Positions 10,401-18,461 of a stretch of DNA of 64,000 nucleotides are shown one piece after another (position 1 is the stretch's first letter; each line of letters begins with the position of its first letter). The stretch is from Pseudomonadota bacterium (GTDB lineage: Bacteria; Myxococcota_A; Bradymonadia; Bradymonadales; GCA-2716585): assembly GCA_005804885.1 (NCBI GenBank), contig SYOX01000269.1, positions 9,037 through 73,036 on the forward strand, written 5' to 3'. A program made the position numbers and the translations under genes. A model generated the notes under the pieces. That model had not been told where the DNA came from. It made no database searches and saw only the letters and a program-made list of their open reading frames with translations.

Positions 10401-10999
10401 ACGTCGAGACGATCGACTTCACCGGCGCGGGCGTCTACATCGCCGAGCCCCCCGAGCTTGCGGACGTCGACGGCGACGGCACCCAGCTCATCCGCGCGAT
10501 CGCCGACACGGCCGTCTTCGGCGACCACGACGGCGACGGGACCGCCGACGTGATGGTCTCCTTCAGCGCGCCCGCCTTCGCCGCGGCCACCCCCGAGATC
10601 GGGCCGAAGCTGATCCAGGTCGTCGGCTTCATGACCAACGGCGACGCCTTCAGCGGCGTCTACACCATCGATCTGATCACCCAGGACGCGGACGAGGACG
10701 GCGTCGGCGACGCCTGCGACGTCTGCCCCGATGACTTCAACCCCTCGCAGTCCCCCGACGCCTGCGACGATGGCGGCGACGACACCATCGGCCCCGATGA
10801 CGACGACGACGAGGACGATGACGACACCATGGGTCCTGGCGACGACGACGACGACGACGAGGACGAGGACGGCAGGGGCTCCCCCAACCCGAACTGCGCC
10901 TCGGTTGGCCCCGTGGTCCCCTCCGGCAGCGCGCTCTTTGGCCTCTTCGGGTTGATGATCGCGATGCTCCTGATCGCGCGGCGCCGCTCCGACGGCTGA
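7421..10999 (+). CDS. Giant secreted/cell-surface protein: many thrombospondin type-3-like Ca-binding repeats, CARDB-like beta-sandwich region, acidic tail, MYXO-CTERM-like sorting signal
   Basis: Signal peptide (LLLSMALWAPSVAFA). Iterated DxDxDGxxDxCDxCP and CGCGxxDTDSDxDG modules through about aa 560. PDFSVVTSDIFIEDRDIDVGELFTIQAEIRNNG looks CARDB-like. The protein ends with a DDDDEDDDD tract and C-ASVGPVVPSGSALFGLFGLMIAMLLIARRRS. Confidence 0.85.
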   Translation: MNTKHLLSALLLLSMALWAPSVAFAADGDGDGVEDGADNCPTEANGDQLDGDQDGVGDSCDSCPGLFNTEQDDNDQDGVGDGCDGCPDDPGKIEPGACGCDESDTDSDSDGSEDCIDGCPDDPDKISGGLCGCGEADTNDSDNDGSADCLDACPNDPSKSIPGLCGCGVADTDSDNDGSANCFDLCPADPGKTAPGACGCGSSDRNDDNDGLPACDDNCPDEPNTGQLDEDGDGVGDECDNCFLTANANQADTDGDGTGNACDACPADPRKVAPGSCGCGTPDNDPDGDSQGACNDNCPLVNNPDQDDSDGDGAGDACDNCPGLFNSDQDDSDGDGIGDDCEACPLDPDKAAPGQCGCGVAETDGDGDGSADCVDNCEADANADQDDADGDGFGDVCDDCASDPIKSEAGQCGCGVADTDSDGDGTADCADNCPTVVNTTQADNDGDGAGDLCDGCPADPDKGDEGQCGCGVEDSDGDGDGSADCTDNCASDANSDQSDADGDGAGDVCDGCPDDVDKTSAGVCGCGVSDGDGDGDGVSDCADNCPAEANANQADTDNDGDGDVCDDFICPGPGEVQGAEVCDGSDNDCDGQVDNGASCPPGTECQAGACQAGLPDFSVVTSDIFIEDRDIDVGELFTIQAEIRNNGAVDGVNVGVNLLDMGFVVRSTTIDFLPAGASASVEFELSFDEASLRIAQVRVDPDDFFDELDEENNNATQIVRVGQPPAGFNGRLVVESGDVATCFDQEDLHIGGKAYYEFEDEGVVFTFPVQGGLVTLTLDGRVFTTHTNVHGNFLFHEVPVPSGSGNYPADIEVSDSDIVGSTQIIVQVTDQSCSGGGHDGGAGSEDIWVYSHDIVFEPTNRPRLGETLEITSTIHHNLGTPRADIPVTVFAHHPDGGQLVRQTLGVGKVDFVSGGPEQQDFKVSWTNDDEGVYIIQTVVAPNFAQHTGNDAATRLVVVGDYKHYPADITLSPDPFNRLCDSTLTGIIQLPADVDVETIDFTGAGVYIAEPPELADVDGDGTQLIRAIADTAVFGDHDGDGTADVMVSFSAPAFAAATPEIGPKLIQVVGFMTNGDAFSGVYTIDLITQDADEDGVGDACDVCPDDFNPSQSPDACDDGGDDTIGPDDDDDEDDDDTMGPGDDDDDDEDEDGRGSPNPNCASVGPVVPSGSALFGLFGLMIAMLLIARRRSDG

Positions 11000-11002
11000 T
11001 CT

Positions 11003-11482
11003 CCTGCCCCGCCCGCCCGTCGAGCGCCCCATGCTCGACGGGCTCCCCACGCTCCTCGCACCGCCCCACACTCGACGATCGCCCGACGAACGCCCCACGC
11101 TCCTCGCACCGCCCCTCAAGGGGGCGGGCTCGTCGGGTGGGGCTAGAAGCGCAGGGTGGGCTGCGCCCTGTCGGTCGCAGGCCCGCGCACGACCGAAGTC
11201 GACACCAGGGGGAGCAAAAAATCCAATCCACAGGCCCACTTCGACGCGCCGATCCGCCCCTGCGATCCGCTCTCAGCCGCCCGCCGGCCTGCGCCCATCG
11301 GGCGCAGCCCACCCCGCGCTTCTAGCCCCACCCGACGAGCCCGTCCCCGGAGGGGGCGGTGCGAGGAGCGTGGGGCGCTCGTCGAGCGTGGGCGTTCGTC
11401 GAGCGTGGGCGTCCGTCGTGCGTGGGCGTTCGTCGTGCGTGGGCGTCCGTCGTGCGTGGGGCGCTCGTCGTGCGTGGGGGCG
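11003..11482. repeat. Large imperfect palindromic repeat element, copy 1 (core 11093-11375; arms extended by 17-18-nt tandem units)
   Basis: Left arm CCCCACGCTCCTCGCACCGCCCC...GGGCTCGTCGGGTGGGGCTAGAAGCGC and right arm GCGCTTCTAGCCCCACCCGACGAGCCC...GGGGCGGTGCGAGGAGCGTGGGG are reverse complements. About 6 tandem units (CGTYCGTCGWGCGTGGG) lie at 11375-11480 and are mirrored on the left flank. The core is roughly 85% identical by eye to the reverse complement of 42791-43071. Confidence 0.75.
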
Positions 11483-11568
11483 CGGGGCGCAGGGCGTGGG
11501 GAAGGCGGGGGTTGTCTTTTTTGAGCGCGCGCTCTAGCGTCCGGGTCCACCCTCTGTGAAGGCGAGCG

Positions 11569-13128
11569 ATGGCCACACCCTCCGCGACGATCGATCCTCC
11601 TCCTGGCCGCTGGCGCCAGATCTTCCAGATCCCCCTGCCCGACGCGGCCGTGCATCGCTGGCACATCTCGCCCGCCATCGATCTGTCGGCCTACGCCTTC
11701 AGCTGGCTGTGGGTGCTGCTGCCCTTGCTCTTCTTTGGCCCCGACCGCCACGAGGACTACCTCTTCATCTTCATGGCCTCCGTGGTCCTGATCGACATCC
11801 ACCGCCACTACGGCCTGCCCTACGTCTACCTCGATCGACAGGTCGCCTCCCGCTTCCCCCTGCGCTTCACCCTCTTCCCCCTCGTCATGTTCGTCGGCTT
11901 CTGCGCCTCGCCCTATCTCAAGCTGATGAGGACGCGCCTGGGCTTTGAGACGCTGGCGGCCGCCGCGGCCGGGGTGCTGCTCCTGGTCCAGATCCTGCGC
12001 GAAGATCAGGCCGGTGAGCCGGTGCCCTGGCGACGGCTCGCGCTGGCGGTCGTGCCGGCGGCGGCGGTCGCCGGCCTGTTGACGGCGCTCGGGCTCGGCC
12101 AGCCCGCGCTGATCTGGCTCCTGGCGGCGCTGGTGGCCTCCTTCGTGCTGGACTGGCGCAAGATGGTCGAGCTCTCCCCCCCCGAGGGGGCCGAGGGCGC
12201 CGCAGGGCAGGGAGAGGGCGCCGCGGGGCAGGGAGAGGCGAGCAGGGCGCCGCGCTTCGTCTTCCCGCTGCTGATCCTGGCGGCGGTGATCGCGGCGGTG
12301 ATCTTCGGCCCTTCGATCACGACGGCGCTCCGGGGCGGCGTGCCGGTCAGAGGCGTCCTCTCGGCCGTGGTCGTCTTCTCGGTCGCGTGGAACATCTGGC
12401 ATGTATTCATGCAGAAGTACGGCATCTTGCGGCTCTACAACGCCAAGAATGGCGTCGAGGGGAAGGTGCCCGGGTGGGTCGATCGGCTGCTCATCTTCTG
12501 CTGGCTGCCCCTCTACATGGCCTGGCTCGGCCCGGAGTACAAGGCGCTGATCCTGGAGAACTTCAAGACGGGCAAGAAGACCATCCTGCCGGCGCTGGAG
12601 CTCTTCGAGGCCATCCAGCCCGTGCTCCTGCCCTTGAGCGCGGGGCTCGTGGTGGCGGCGCTGGTGGCCTTCGTCGTCCACGAGCGGCGCGTCAACGGCC
12701 TGACCAACGCCCCCCGGATCTGGATGGCCGTCGGGACGACGCTGCTCTCGTCGATGTTCCTCTTCGTCGATCCGATCAAGGCCTACATCGCCTACGGCTT
12801 CAGCCACGCGGTCGAGTACATGGTCTTCGTCTGGGCCTTCCAGCGGCGTCGCTACCAGCGCCCGCTGGCCCACAAGCCGCTGCTCGGCCGGGTCCTCAAG
12901 CACCCGCTGGCGGCCTACCTGGGCTTCGTGCTGGTGCTGGCGGTGGCCTTCTTCTATTTGAAATACTTCGGGAAGTTCATCTTCACGGACCACGAGCGGC
13001 CGAAGTTCCTCGATTACAAGACGACGACCTGGTTCTTCTACTGGACCGTCTACCAGTCGATGGTCCACTTCTACTTCGACGGGTTCTTGTGGAAGATGCG
13101 GCTGCCGGCGACCCGCGCGCACATCTGA
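11569..13128 (+). CDS. Polytopic integral membrane protein, unknown function
   Basis: 519 aa with more than 10 hydrophobic segments and a short EGAAGQGEGAAGQGE tandem in a loop. No family recognised. Confidence 0.6.
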   Translation: MATPSATIDPPPGRWRQIFQIPLPDAAVHRWHISPAIDLSAYAFSWLWVLLPLLFFGPDRHEDYLFIFMASVVLIDIHRHYGLPYVYLDRQVASRFPLRFTLFPLVMFVGFCASPYLKLMRTRLGFETLAAAAAGVLLLVQILREDQAGEPVPWRRLALAVVPAAAVAGLLTALGLGQPALIWLLAALVASFVLDWRKMVELSPPEGAEGAAGQGEGAAGQGEASRAPRFVFPLLILAAVIAAVIFGPSITTALRGGVPVRGVLSAVVVFSVAWNIWHVFMQKYGILRLYNAKNGVEGKVPGWVDRLLIFCWLPLYMAWLGPEYKALILENFKTGKKTILPALELFEAIQPVLLPLSAGLVVAALVAFVVHERRVNGLTNAPRIWMAVGTTLLSSMFLFVDPIKAYIAYGFSHAVEYMVFVWAFQRRRYQRPLAHKPLLGRVLKHPLAAYLGFVLVLAVAFFYLKYFGKFIFTDHERPKFLDYKTTTWFFYWTVYQSMVHFYFDGFLWKMRLPATRAHI

Positions 13129-13271
13129 GGGCGGGCGCGCTCGGGCGCCCGCGGGCGCGGCGCGCATTGTGTAATGGATCCTGAGGGGTTAGGATCCGTC
13201 CGGCGCCGATCTCGGCGGCTGCGGGGCGCGCTCTGGTCTGGGGCGGCCCGAAGGGCAGGCAGGATCCGGGG

Positions 13272-14984
13272 ATGTTGACCTACCTGATCATCCGAAACTT
13301 CGCGATCATCGACAGCCTGGAGCTGGAGTTCTCGGGTGGCTTTACGGTCATCACGGGGGAGACCGGCGCGGGCAAGTCGATCATCGTCGACGCGCTCAAC
13401 CTCGTGCTCGGCGGGCGAGCCAGCGTCGACGTGGTGCGCGCTGACGCGGAGAGGGCGGTGGTGGAGGCGACCTTCGCGCTGGACGACGAGCGCCGCGCCG
13501 CGATCAACGCCGTCCTTGAGGCGCAGGGGATCGAGGCGCGGGACGAGCTCCTGATCCGGCGCGTGGTCCAGCGTCAGGGGCGCAGCCGCGCCTTCATCAA
13601 CGGCAGCGTGGTGGGCCTGAGCACCCTGAAGGACGTGACCGAGGGGCTGGTGGACATCAGCGGCCAGCACGAGCACTACTCCTTGATGATGCCGGAGAAC
13701 CACATCGACATCCTGGATCGCTTCGGAGAGGCGCGCAGGCTCTCCGAGCGGGTGGCGTCGATGATCGCGCGCTTTCACGAGCTCAAGCGCGAGGCCAAGG
13801 CGCTGCGGCGCTCCGAGCGCGAGCGGCTCTCCAGGGTGGACTTCCTGCGCTTTCAGCTCGCGGAGATCGACAGGGCGTTGATCGACCCGGAGTCGCGCGA
13901 GGAGATGGAGCGCGAGCAGGGGCTCCTGCGGCACGCCGGACAGCTCCGGGAGGAGGCCGTCCAGCTCTCCTATGCGCTCTATGAGGGCGATCAATCGGCC
14001 AAGGACGTCGTGAGCGACGCGTGTCGGACGCTGGGGCGGATCGCGGGCATCGACCCGAGGCTGGAGGATCTCTCGTCGATGCTGGAGCAGGCGCAGATTC
14101 TCTTGAGCGAGGTGGGGGTGTCGCTGCGGCGCTACGCGCGCGACGTGGAGGTCAACCCGCGCAGGTTGGAGCAGATCGAGGAGCTGCTGCACGACTACAA
14201 GCAGCTTGAGCGCAAGTACGGGGACGACTTCGGGGCGATCATCGAGCAGCAGTCCGCGATGCGCGCGGAGCTCAAGACGCTCGACGGGGCGTCGAGCCGG
14301 ATCAAGGAGGCCGAGGCCGAGCGCGACATGCTCCAGAGGGAGGTCATGGCGCAGGCTCGGGAGCTGAGCGCGCGGCGCAAGGAGGCGGCCGGCGTCCTCA
14401 AGGCGATGATCGAGGCGGAGCTGACGCACCTGGGCATGGAGCGCTGCCGCTTCGACACGACCTTCACGCACAGCGACGGCGCGGGCGGGGAGCTGGCGGA
14501 CATCGACATGGCCGGCCCCGCCTCGCTCAACGACAAGGGGCTCGATCAGCTGGAGTTCCTGATCTGCCCCAACCCGGGCGAGGGCTTCAAGCCGCTGGCG
14601 CGCATTGCCAGCGGCGGGGAGCTGAGCCGGATCATGCTGGCGATCAAGAACGCGCTGATGGCCACCGATCCGGTGCCGACCTACGTCTTCGATGAGGTCG
14701 ACAGCGGGATAGGCGGGGCGGTGGCCGACGCGGTGGGGGAGAAGATCAAGAAGGTGGCCCAGGAGAAGCAGGTCATCTCCATCACGCACCTGCCCCAGAT
14801 CGCGGCCTACGGCGACAGCCACCTCAAGGTGACCAAGGTGCAGGGCGTCGAGCGGACGACGAGCTCGCTGGACTTCCTGGACGAGGACGCGCGGATCATG
14901 GAGGTGGCGCGGATGCTCGGCGGGCGGGAGTGCACGCCGACGACGGTCGCCCACGCCCGGGAGCTGATCCGCGCCCGCGTCTGA
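13272..14984 (+). CDS. recN: DNA repair protein RecN
   Basis: MLTYLIIRNFAIIDSLELEFSGGFTVITGETGAGKSIIVDALNLVLGGRAS (Walker A), coiled-coil middle, and C-terminal SGGELSRIMLAIK / YVFDEVDSGIGG signature. Confidence 0.95.
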   Translation: MLTYLIIRNFAIIDSLELEFSGGFTVITGETGAGKSIIVDALNLVLGGRASVDVVRADAERAVVEATFALDDERRAAINAVLEAQGIEARDELLIRRVVQRQGRSRAFINGSVVGLSTLKDVTEGLVDISGQHEHYSLMMPENHIDILDRFGEARRLSERVASMIARFHELKREAKALRRSERERLSRVDFLRFQLAEIDRALIDPESREEMEREQGLLRHAGQLREEAVQLSYALYEGDQSAKDVVSDACRTLGRIAGIDPRLEDLSSMLEQAQILLSEVGVSLRRYARDVEVNPRRLEQIEELLHDYKQLERKYGDDFGAIIEQQSAMRAELKTLDGASSRIKEAEAERDMLQREVMAQARELSARRKEAAGVLKAMIEAELTHLGMERCRFDTTFTHSDGAGGELADIDMAGPASLNDKGLDQLEFLICPNPGEGFKPLARIASGGELSRIMLAIKNALMATDPVPTYVFDEVDSGIGGAVADAVGEKIKKVAQEKQVISITHLPQIAAYGDSHLKVTKVQGVERTTSSLDFLDEDARIMEVARMLGGRECTPTTVAHARELIRARV

Positions 14985-15026
14985 GGCCGGATACGGGGTG
15001 CCACCGTGTCGCGCATCACCTTGAAC

Positions 15027-15986
15027 TTATTCGATATTCCATGATTTTCGGGTGTCGCTGGCGAAGCCCTCGCGGGCCAGCGGCAGGCGGAGCCTCTGGA
15101 CGAGCAGGTCCATGACGCGGAGCGCCCAGAAGCGGTCTCGCTGCGGGCTGAGGTGGTAGTTGCCGCTGTCGCAGACGAAGGAGGGGTCCTTGATCCCCTG
15201 CTTGCAGGTCAGCGGCCGGCTGTCGATGGCGACGCAGGTGCCTCCGACCGCCGCCGTGATGTCGTCGTGGAGGCGCTGGAGCGACTGCTGGGTGCCCTTG
15301 GAGCGGCTGTAGGGGGGCAGGATCCACGCGCAGGAGAGGGCGCGCGTGGGCTTGAGGGTGCTCAGGTCGAGTTCGCGGCAGGTGTCCTCGACGGTCACGC
15401 CGCGCTTGTAGCACTCAAGGCGCTTGACGAGGCCCTGGACGCCCGTGATGGTGCGCTCGCTGCTCATGCCCTTGAGGTTCTCGCCCATCGAGATGACGAC
15501 GGTGTCGGGCGTGTGCTGCTTGAGCAGGTCGATGAGCCTCGGGGCGCGCTGGGTGCCTCCCTTGAGGCCGCCGCCCAGCAAGCCCGGCTGAGCCGGGTCC
15601 GACTTGAAGTCCTCGCCGCGCGTCAGGCTGCCGCAGAAGTGCTTGAAGCCCTTGATCCAGGAGAGCGGGCTGGAGGCGCATACGGCGTAGCTGGCCACGG
15701 TGGAGTTCTTGATGCCCTCGCGCAGCAGGTAGTCGAGCGCCCACCCGAAGGGCCCCTGGGCGTGAGAGTCGCCCACGAACAGGATGCGCCGCCCTTCGGA
15801 GGGCTCCTGCGGCTTGACCTCCTGGGCGGCCGCGTCAGCGGGGACCATCGCGGCGGCGAAGGCGATCGAGGCCAGCGCGATCGCGGTGGCGAAGCTGAGC
15901 GGGCGGCGGAGGGCGTCGAGGGGGGTCTTCTGGATCTGGGGCATAGGCTCGTGGGGGGCTGGACCGGGGGAGCGGGCGTCGGTCAT
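15027..15986 (-). CDS. Secreted SGNH/GDSL-like hydrolase (putative)
   Basis: Signal peptide, then RRILFVGDSHAQGPFG (GDS block I). The start overlaps the stop of the upstream dsbD-like gene (ATGA). Confidence 0.55.
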   Translation of the reverse strand: MTDARSPGPAPHEPMPQIQKTPLDALRRPLSFATAIALASIAFAAAMVPADAAAQEVKPQEPSEGRRILFVGDSHAQGPFGWALDYLLREGIKNSTVASYAVCASSPLSWIKGFKHFCGSLTRGEDFKSDPAQPGLLGGGLKGGTQRAPRLIDLLKQHTPDTVVISMGENLKGMSSERTITGVQGLVKRLECYKRGVTVEDTCRELDLSTLKPTRALSCAWILPPYSRSKGTQQSLQRLHDDITAAVGGTCVAIDSRPLTCKQGIKDPSFVCDSGNYHLSPQRDRFWALRVMDLLVQRLRLPLAREGFASDTRKSWNIE

Positions 15987-17254
15987 CGGAATTGATCGGG
16001 CGGGAAGCGGCGCGAGGCGGCCTCAAGGCGCTCGACGACCATCTCGGTGGTGATGGCCTCGGGCATCAGGTCGAAGGTGCCGTCGGGCATGTAGATGACG
16101 TAGGCGGGCACGGCGGTGCGGCCGAGCTTCTTGAGTCCGGCGGCGATCTCGTCGTCCTCGTTGGTGAAGTCGGCCATCATCGGGAGGATGCCGGTGGTCT
16201 GGAGGGTGCTGCGGACGGCGTCGGTCTCCAGGAAGATCTTCTCGTTGGCCTTGCAGTTGGCGCACCAGTCGGCGGTGAAGTCGGCGAAGACGGGGCGGCT
16301 GCGCAGGGCCATGTCGGCCAGCCCCTTCTCGCTGTAGGGGATCCAGTTGATGTGGCCGTCGACGACGACGGGCTGGTCGAGGGCGACGACGGCGCTCGTC
16401 CTTGGGGGCGGTGACAGGTCGATCATCCCGAAGCCGGCGCCGACGACGAGCGCCAGGGCGCTCAGGCGAACGAGGGCGGCGCGCTGCCGTGTCTCGCCCA
16501 GGCCGCCGAAGCGCTCGACGGCCCAGAGGGCCACGGCGAGCACGAGGAGGAAGCCGAGGAACCAGTTGGCGCCGGAGGTGGTCAGCTGGTTCTGGAGCAC
16601 GCCGTAGAGCCAGATGGCGGCGCCGATGAGGGTGAAGCCCATCAGGTGCTTGAAGGTCTCCATCCAGGCGCCAGGGCGGGGCATGGCGCGGGCGAGGACG
16701 GGGATGAAGCTGATCAGGAGGAAGGGGCTGGCCAGCCCCATGCCGATGCAGAAGAAGAGCAGCTGGGTCTGCCACCAGGCGGCCTCGCTGGCCAGCGCGA
16801 CGGCGGCGGCGGTGCCGAGGAAGGGGGCCGAGCAGGGGGTGGACATGATGGCGGCGACGACGCCGTTGATGAAGGAGCCGAGGTAGCCGTCCTTCTGGGC
16901 GCCGCCGCCGAAGGAGAGGGTGATTTCGAAGACGCCCAGGCTGTTGAGGCCGAAGACGAAGATCAGGGCCGTCAGCGCCGCGACGAAGGAGGGGTTCTGG
17001 AACTGCATCCCCCAGCCGACCACCTCTCCGGAGGCGCGCAGGCCGATGACGATCACGGCCAGGAGCATCAAGGTGGCCACGATGCCGGCGGAGTAGGCCA
17101 GGCCGTGGAGGCGGTGGGAGGAGGGTGACTGCTGGCCGTGCTTGACCATGTGGAAGATCTTCATGGTCAGCACGGGCAGCACGCAGGGCATCACGTTGAG
17201 GATGACGCCCCCGAGGAAGGCCAGGCCCATGGTGGTCAGAAGTTCGGTCCCCAT
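15983..17254 (-). CDS. DsbD-family thiol:disulfide interchange / cytochrome c biogenesis membrane protein with C-terminal thioredoxin domain
   Basis: LAFLGGVILNVMPCVLPVLTMK (DsbD TM motif), a second Cys in MSTPCSAPFLG, and a C-terminal FADFTADWCANCKANE (CxxC thioredoxin). The ATG at 17254 is preferred; the ORF extends to 17344. Confidence 0.85.
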   Translation of the reverse strand: MGTELLTTMGLAFLGGVILNVMPCVLPVLTMKIFHMVKHGQQSPSSHRLHGLAYSAGIVATLMLLAVIVIGLRASGEVVGWGMQFQNPSFVAALTALIFVFGLNSLGVFEITLSFGGGAQKDGYLGSFINGVVAAIMSTPCSAPFLGTAAAVALASEAAWWQTQLLFFCIGMGLASPFLLISFIPVLARAMPRPGAWMETFKHLMGFTLIGAAIWLYGVLQNQLTTSGANWFLGFLLVLAVALWAVERFGGLGETRQRAALVRLSALALVVGAGFGMIDLSPPPRTSAVVALDQPVVVDGHINWIPYSEKGLADMALRSRPVFADFTADWCANCKANEKIFLETDAVRSTLQTTGILPMMADFTNEDDEIAAGLKKLGRTAVPAYVIYMPDGTFDLMPEAITTEMVVERLEAASRRFPPDQFR

Positions 17255-17355
17255 CGCGTCGAATCCCTTTGAAGGTGGCGGTGGCGCGCGCAGGGCGCCT
17301 GTCGAAGATATAGCACGCCGGGGGCGACGTCGGCCAATCGTCACGAGAGGTCGCT

Positions 17356-18414
17356 TTGGTGAGCAGGCGCCCCTTTGCGCCGGTTAGAATGCACGCCAAA
17401 GCGGGCTTGTTCCCGCTCGGGGCGAAGGGGGAGGGCGAGGCGATCGAACTCATCAGGCGTCTGTGGCAGTTCACGGGTCGAGTGTGGGGGAGCTTCAGGC
17501 GCCACAAGGTGCTGCTGCTGGCGTCGGCGGTGGCCTACAACACGCTCCTGTCGGTCATCCCGCTCTTCGCGGTGTTGCTGGTCGGGCTCTCGCACGTCTT
17601 CGAGGAGGCGCAGCTGCTGTCGATCGTCGAGGGGCTGGTCTCGCAGATGGCGCCGGGGCAGGGGAGCGTGTTGACCGGCGAGATCGCGAGCTTTCTGGAC
17701 AGCCGGGAGCTGCTCGGGTGGGGCGGCGCGGTGGTGTCCCTCTTCTTCAGCTCGATGGCCTTCCGGATGCTGGAGGACTCCATGGCGGTGATCTTCGGCC
17801 GCAACCGCGCCGAGGCGCGCCGGTTCTGGGTCTCGGCGATCATCCCCTACGTGTACATCCTGGTGGTGGGCTTCGGGGTGGTGTGCCTGACGCTGTTGAC
17901 GACGGTGCTCGATCGTATGGAGGGGCGCGACGTGGTGGTGCTGGGGATGCACTGGGCGGTGTCCACGACGCCCTCGGTGCTCCTGGGGGTGTTCGGCTTC
18001 GTGGGGATGGTGGCGATGTTCACCTCGGTCTACGTGGTGATGCCCACGGCGCGCGTGGGGTTCAAGAGGGCGCTCATCGGGGGGGTGACGGCGGCGATCC
18101 TGTGGGAGATCGTGCGTCGGGTGCTGGTGTGGTACTTCGAGAACCTCTCGCTGGTCAGCGTGGTGTACGGCTCGCTGGCGTCGGTGGTGATCGTCCTGCT
18201 GTGTCTGGAGATCGCCTCGATCATCACGCTGCTTGGCGCGCAGGTGATCGCGGAGCTTGAGCGCAGCCAGGACGCCGGGGTGGCGTGGTACGAGGAGCCA
18301 GAGGAGCTGTCCAGCGGCGCTTCAAGCGCTCCGGGCGCAGGGAGTGGGGCGGGGCTGCCGGAGGGCAGCCCGGGTGTCGATGAGGGGGGCGGTCAGCGGG
18401 CAGGAGGGGGGTGA
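17356..18414 (+). CDS. YihY/BrkB (virulence factor BrkB / RNase BN-like) family membrane protein
   Basis: FRRHKVLLLASAVAYNTLLSVIPLFAVLLV and a six-TM layout typical of the YihY family. Start uncertain; Gly/Ala-rich tail. Confidence 0.8.
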   Translation: MVSRRPFAPVRMHAKAGLFPLGAKGEGEAIELIRRLWQFTGRVWGSFRRHKVLLLASAVAYNTLLSVIPLFAVLLVGLSHVFEEAQLLSIVEGLVSQMAPGQGSVLTGEIASFLDSRELLGWGGAVVSLFFSSMAFRMLEDSMAVIFGRNRAEARRFWVSAIIPYVYILVVGFGVVCLTLLTTVLDRMEGRDVVVLGMHWAVSTTPSVLLGVFGFVGMVAMFTSVYVVMPTARVGFKRALIGGVTAAILWEIVRRVLVWYFENLSLVSVVYGSLASVVIVLLCLEIASIITLLGAQVIAELERSQDAGVAWYEEPEELSSGASSAPGAGSGAGLPEGSPGVDEGGGQRAGGG

Positions 18415-18461
18415 GGCGAGGCGCGACAGCGCGCCCTTGAGGTCGCGGAGGCCGCCGAGGC

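Noticed and set aside
10660-11537. ORFs of 62-191 aa with GAWGARRAWG-type repeats
   Set aside because: They are translations of the palindromic element and its 17-18-nt tandem units. The same sequences appear on both strands because of the inverted symmetry.
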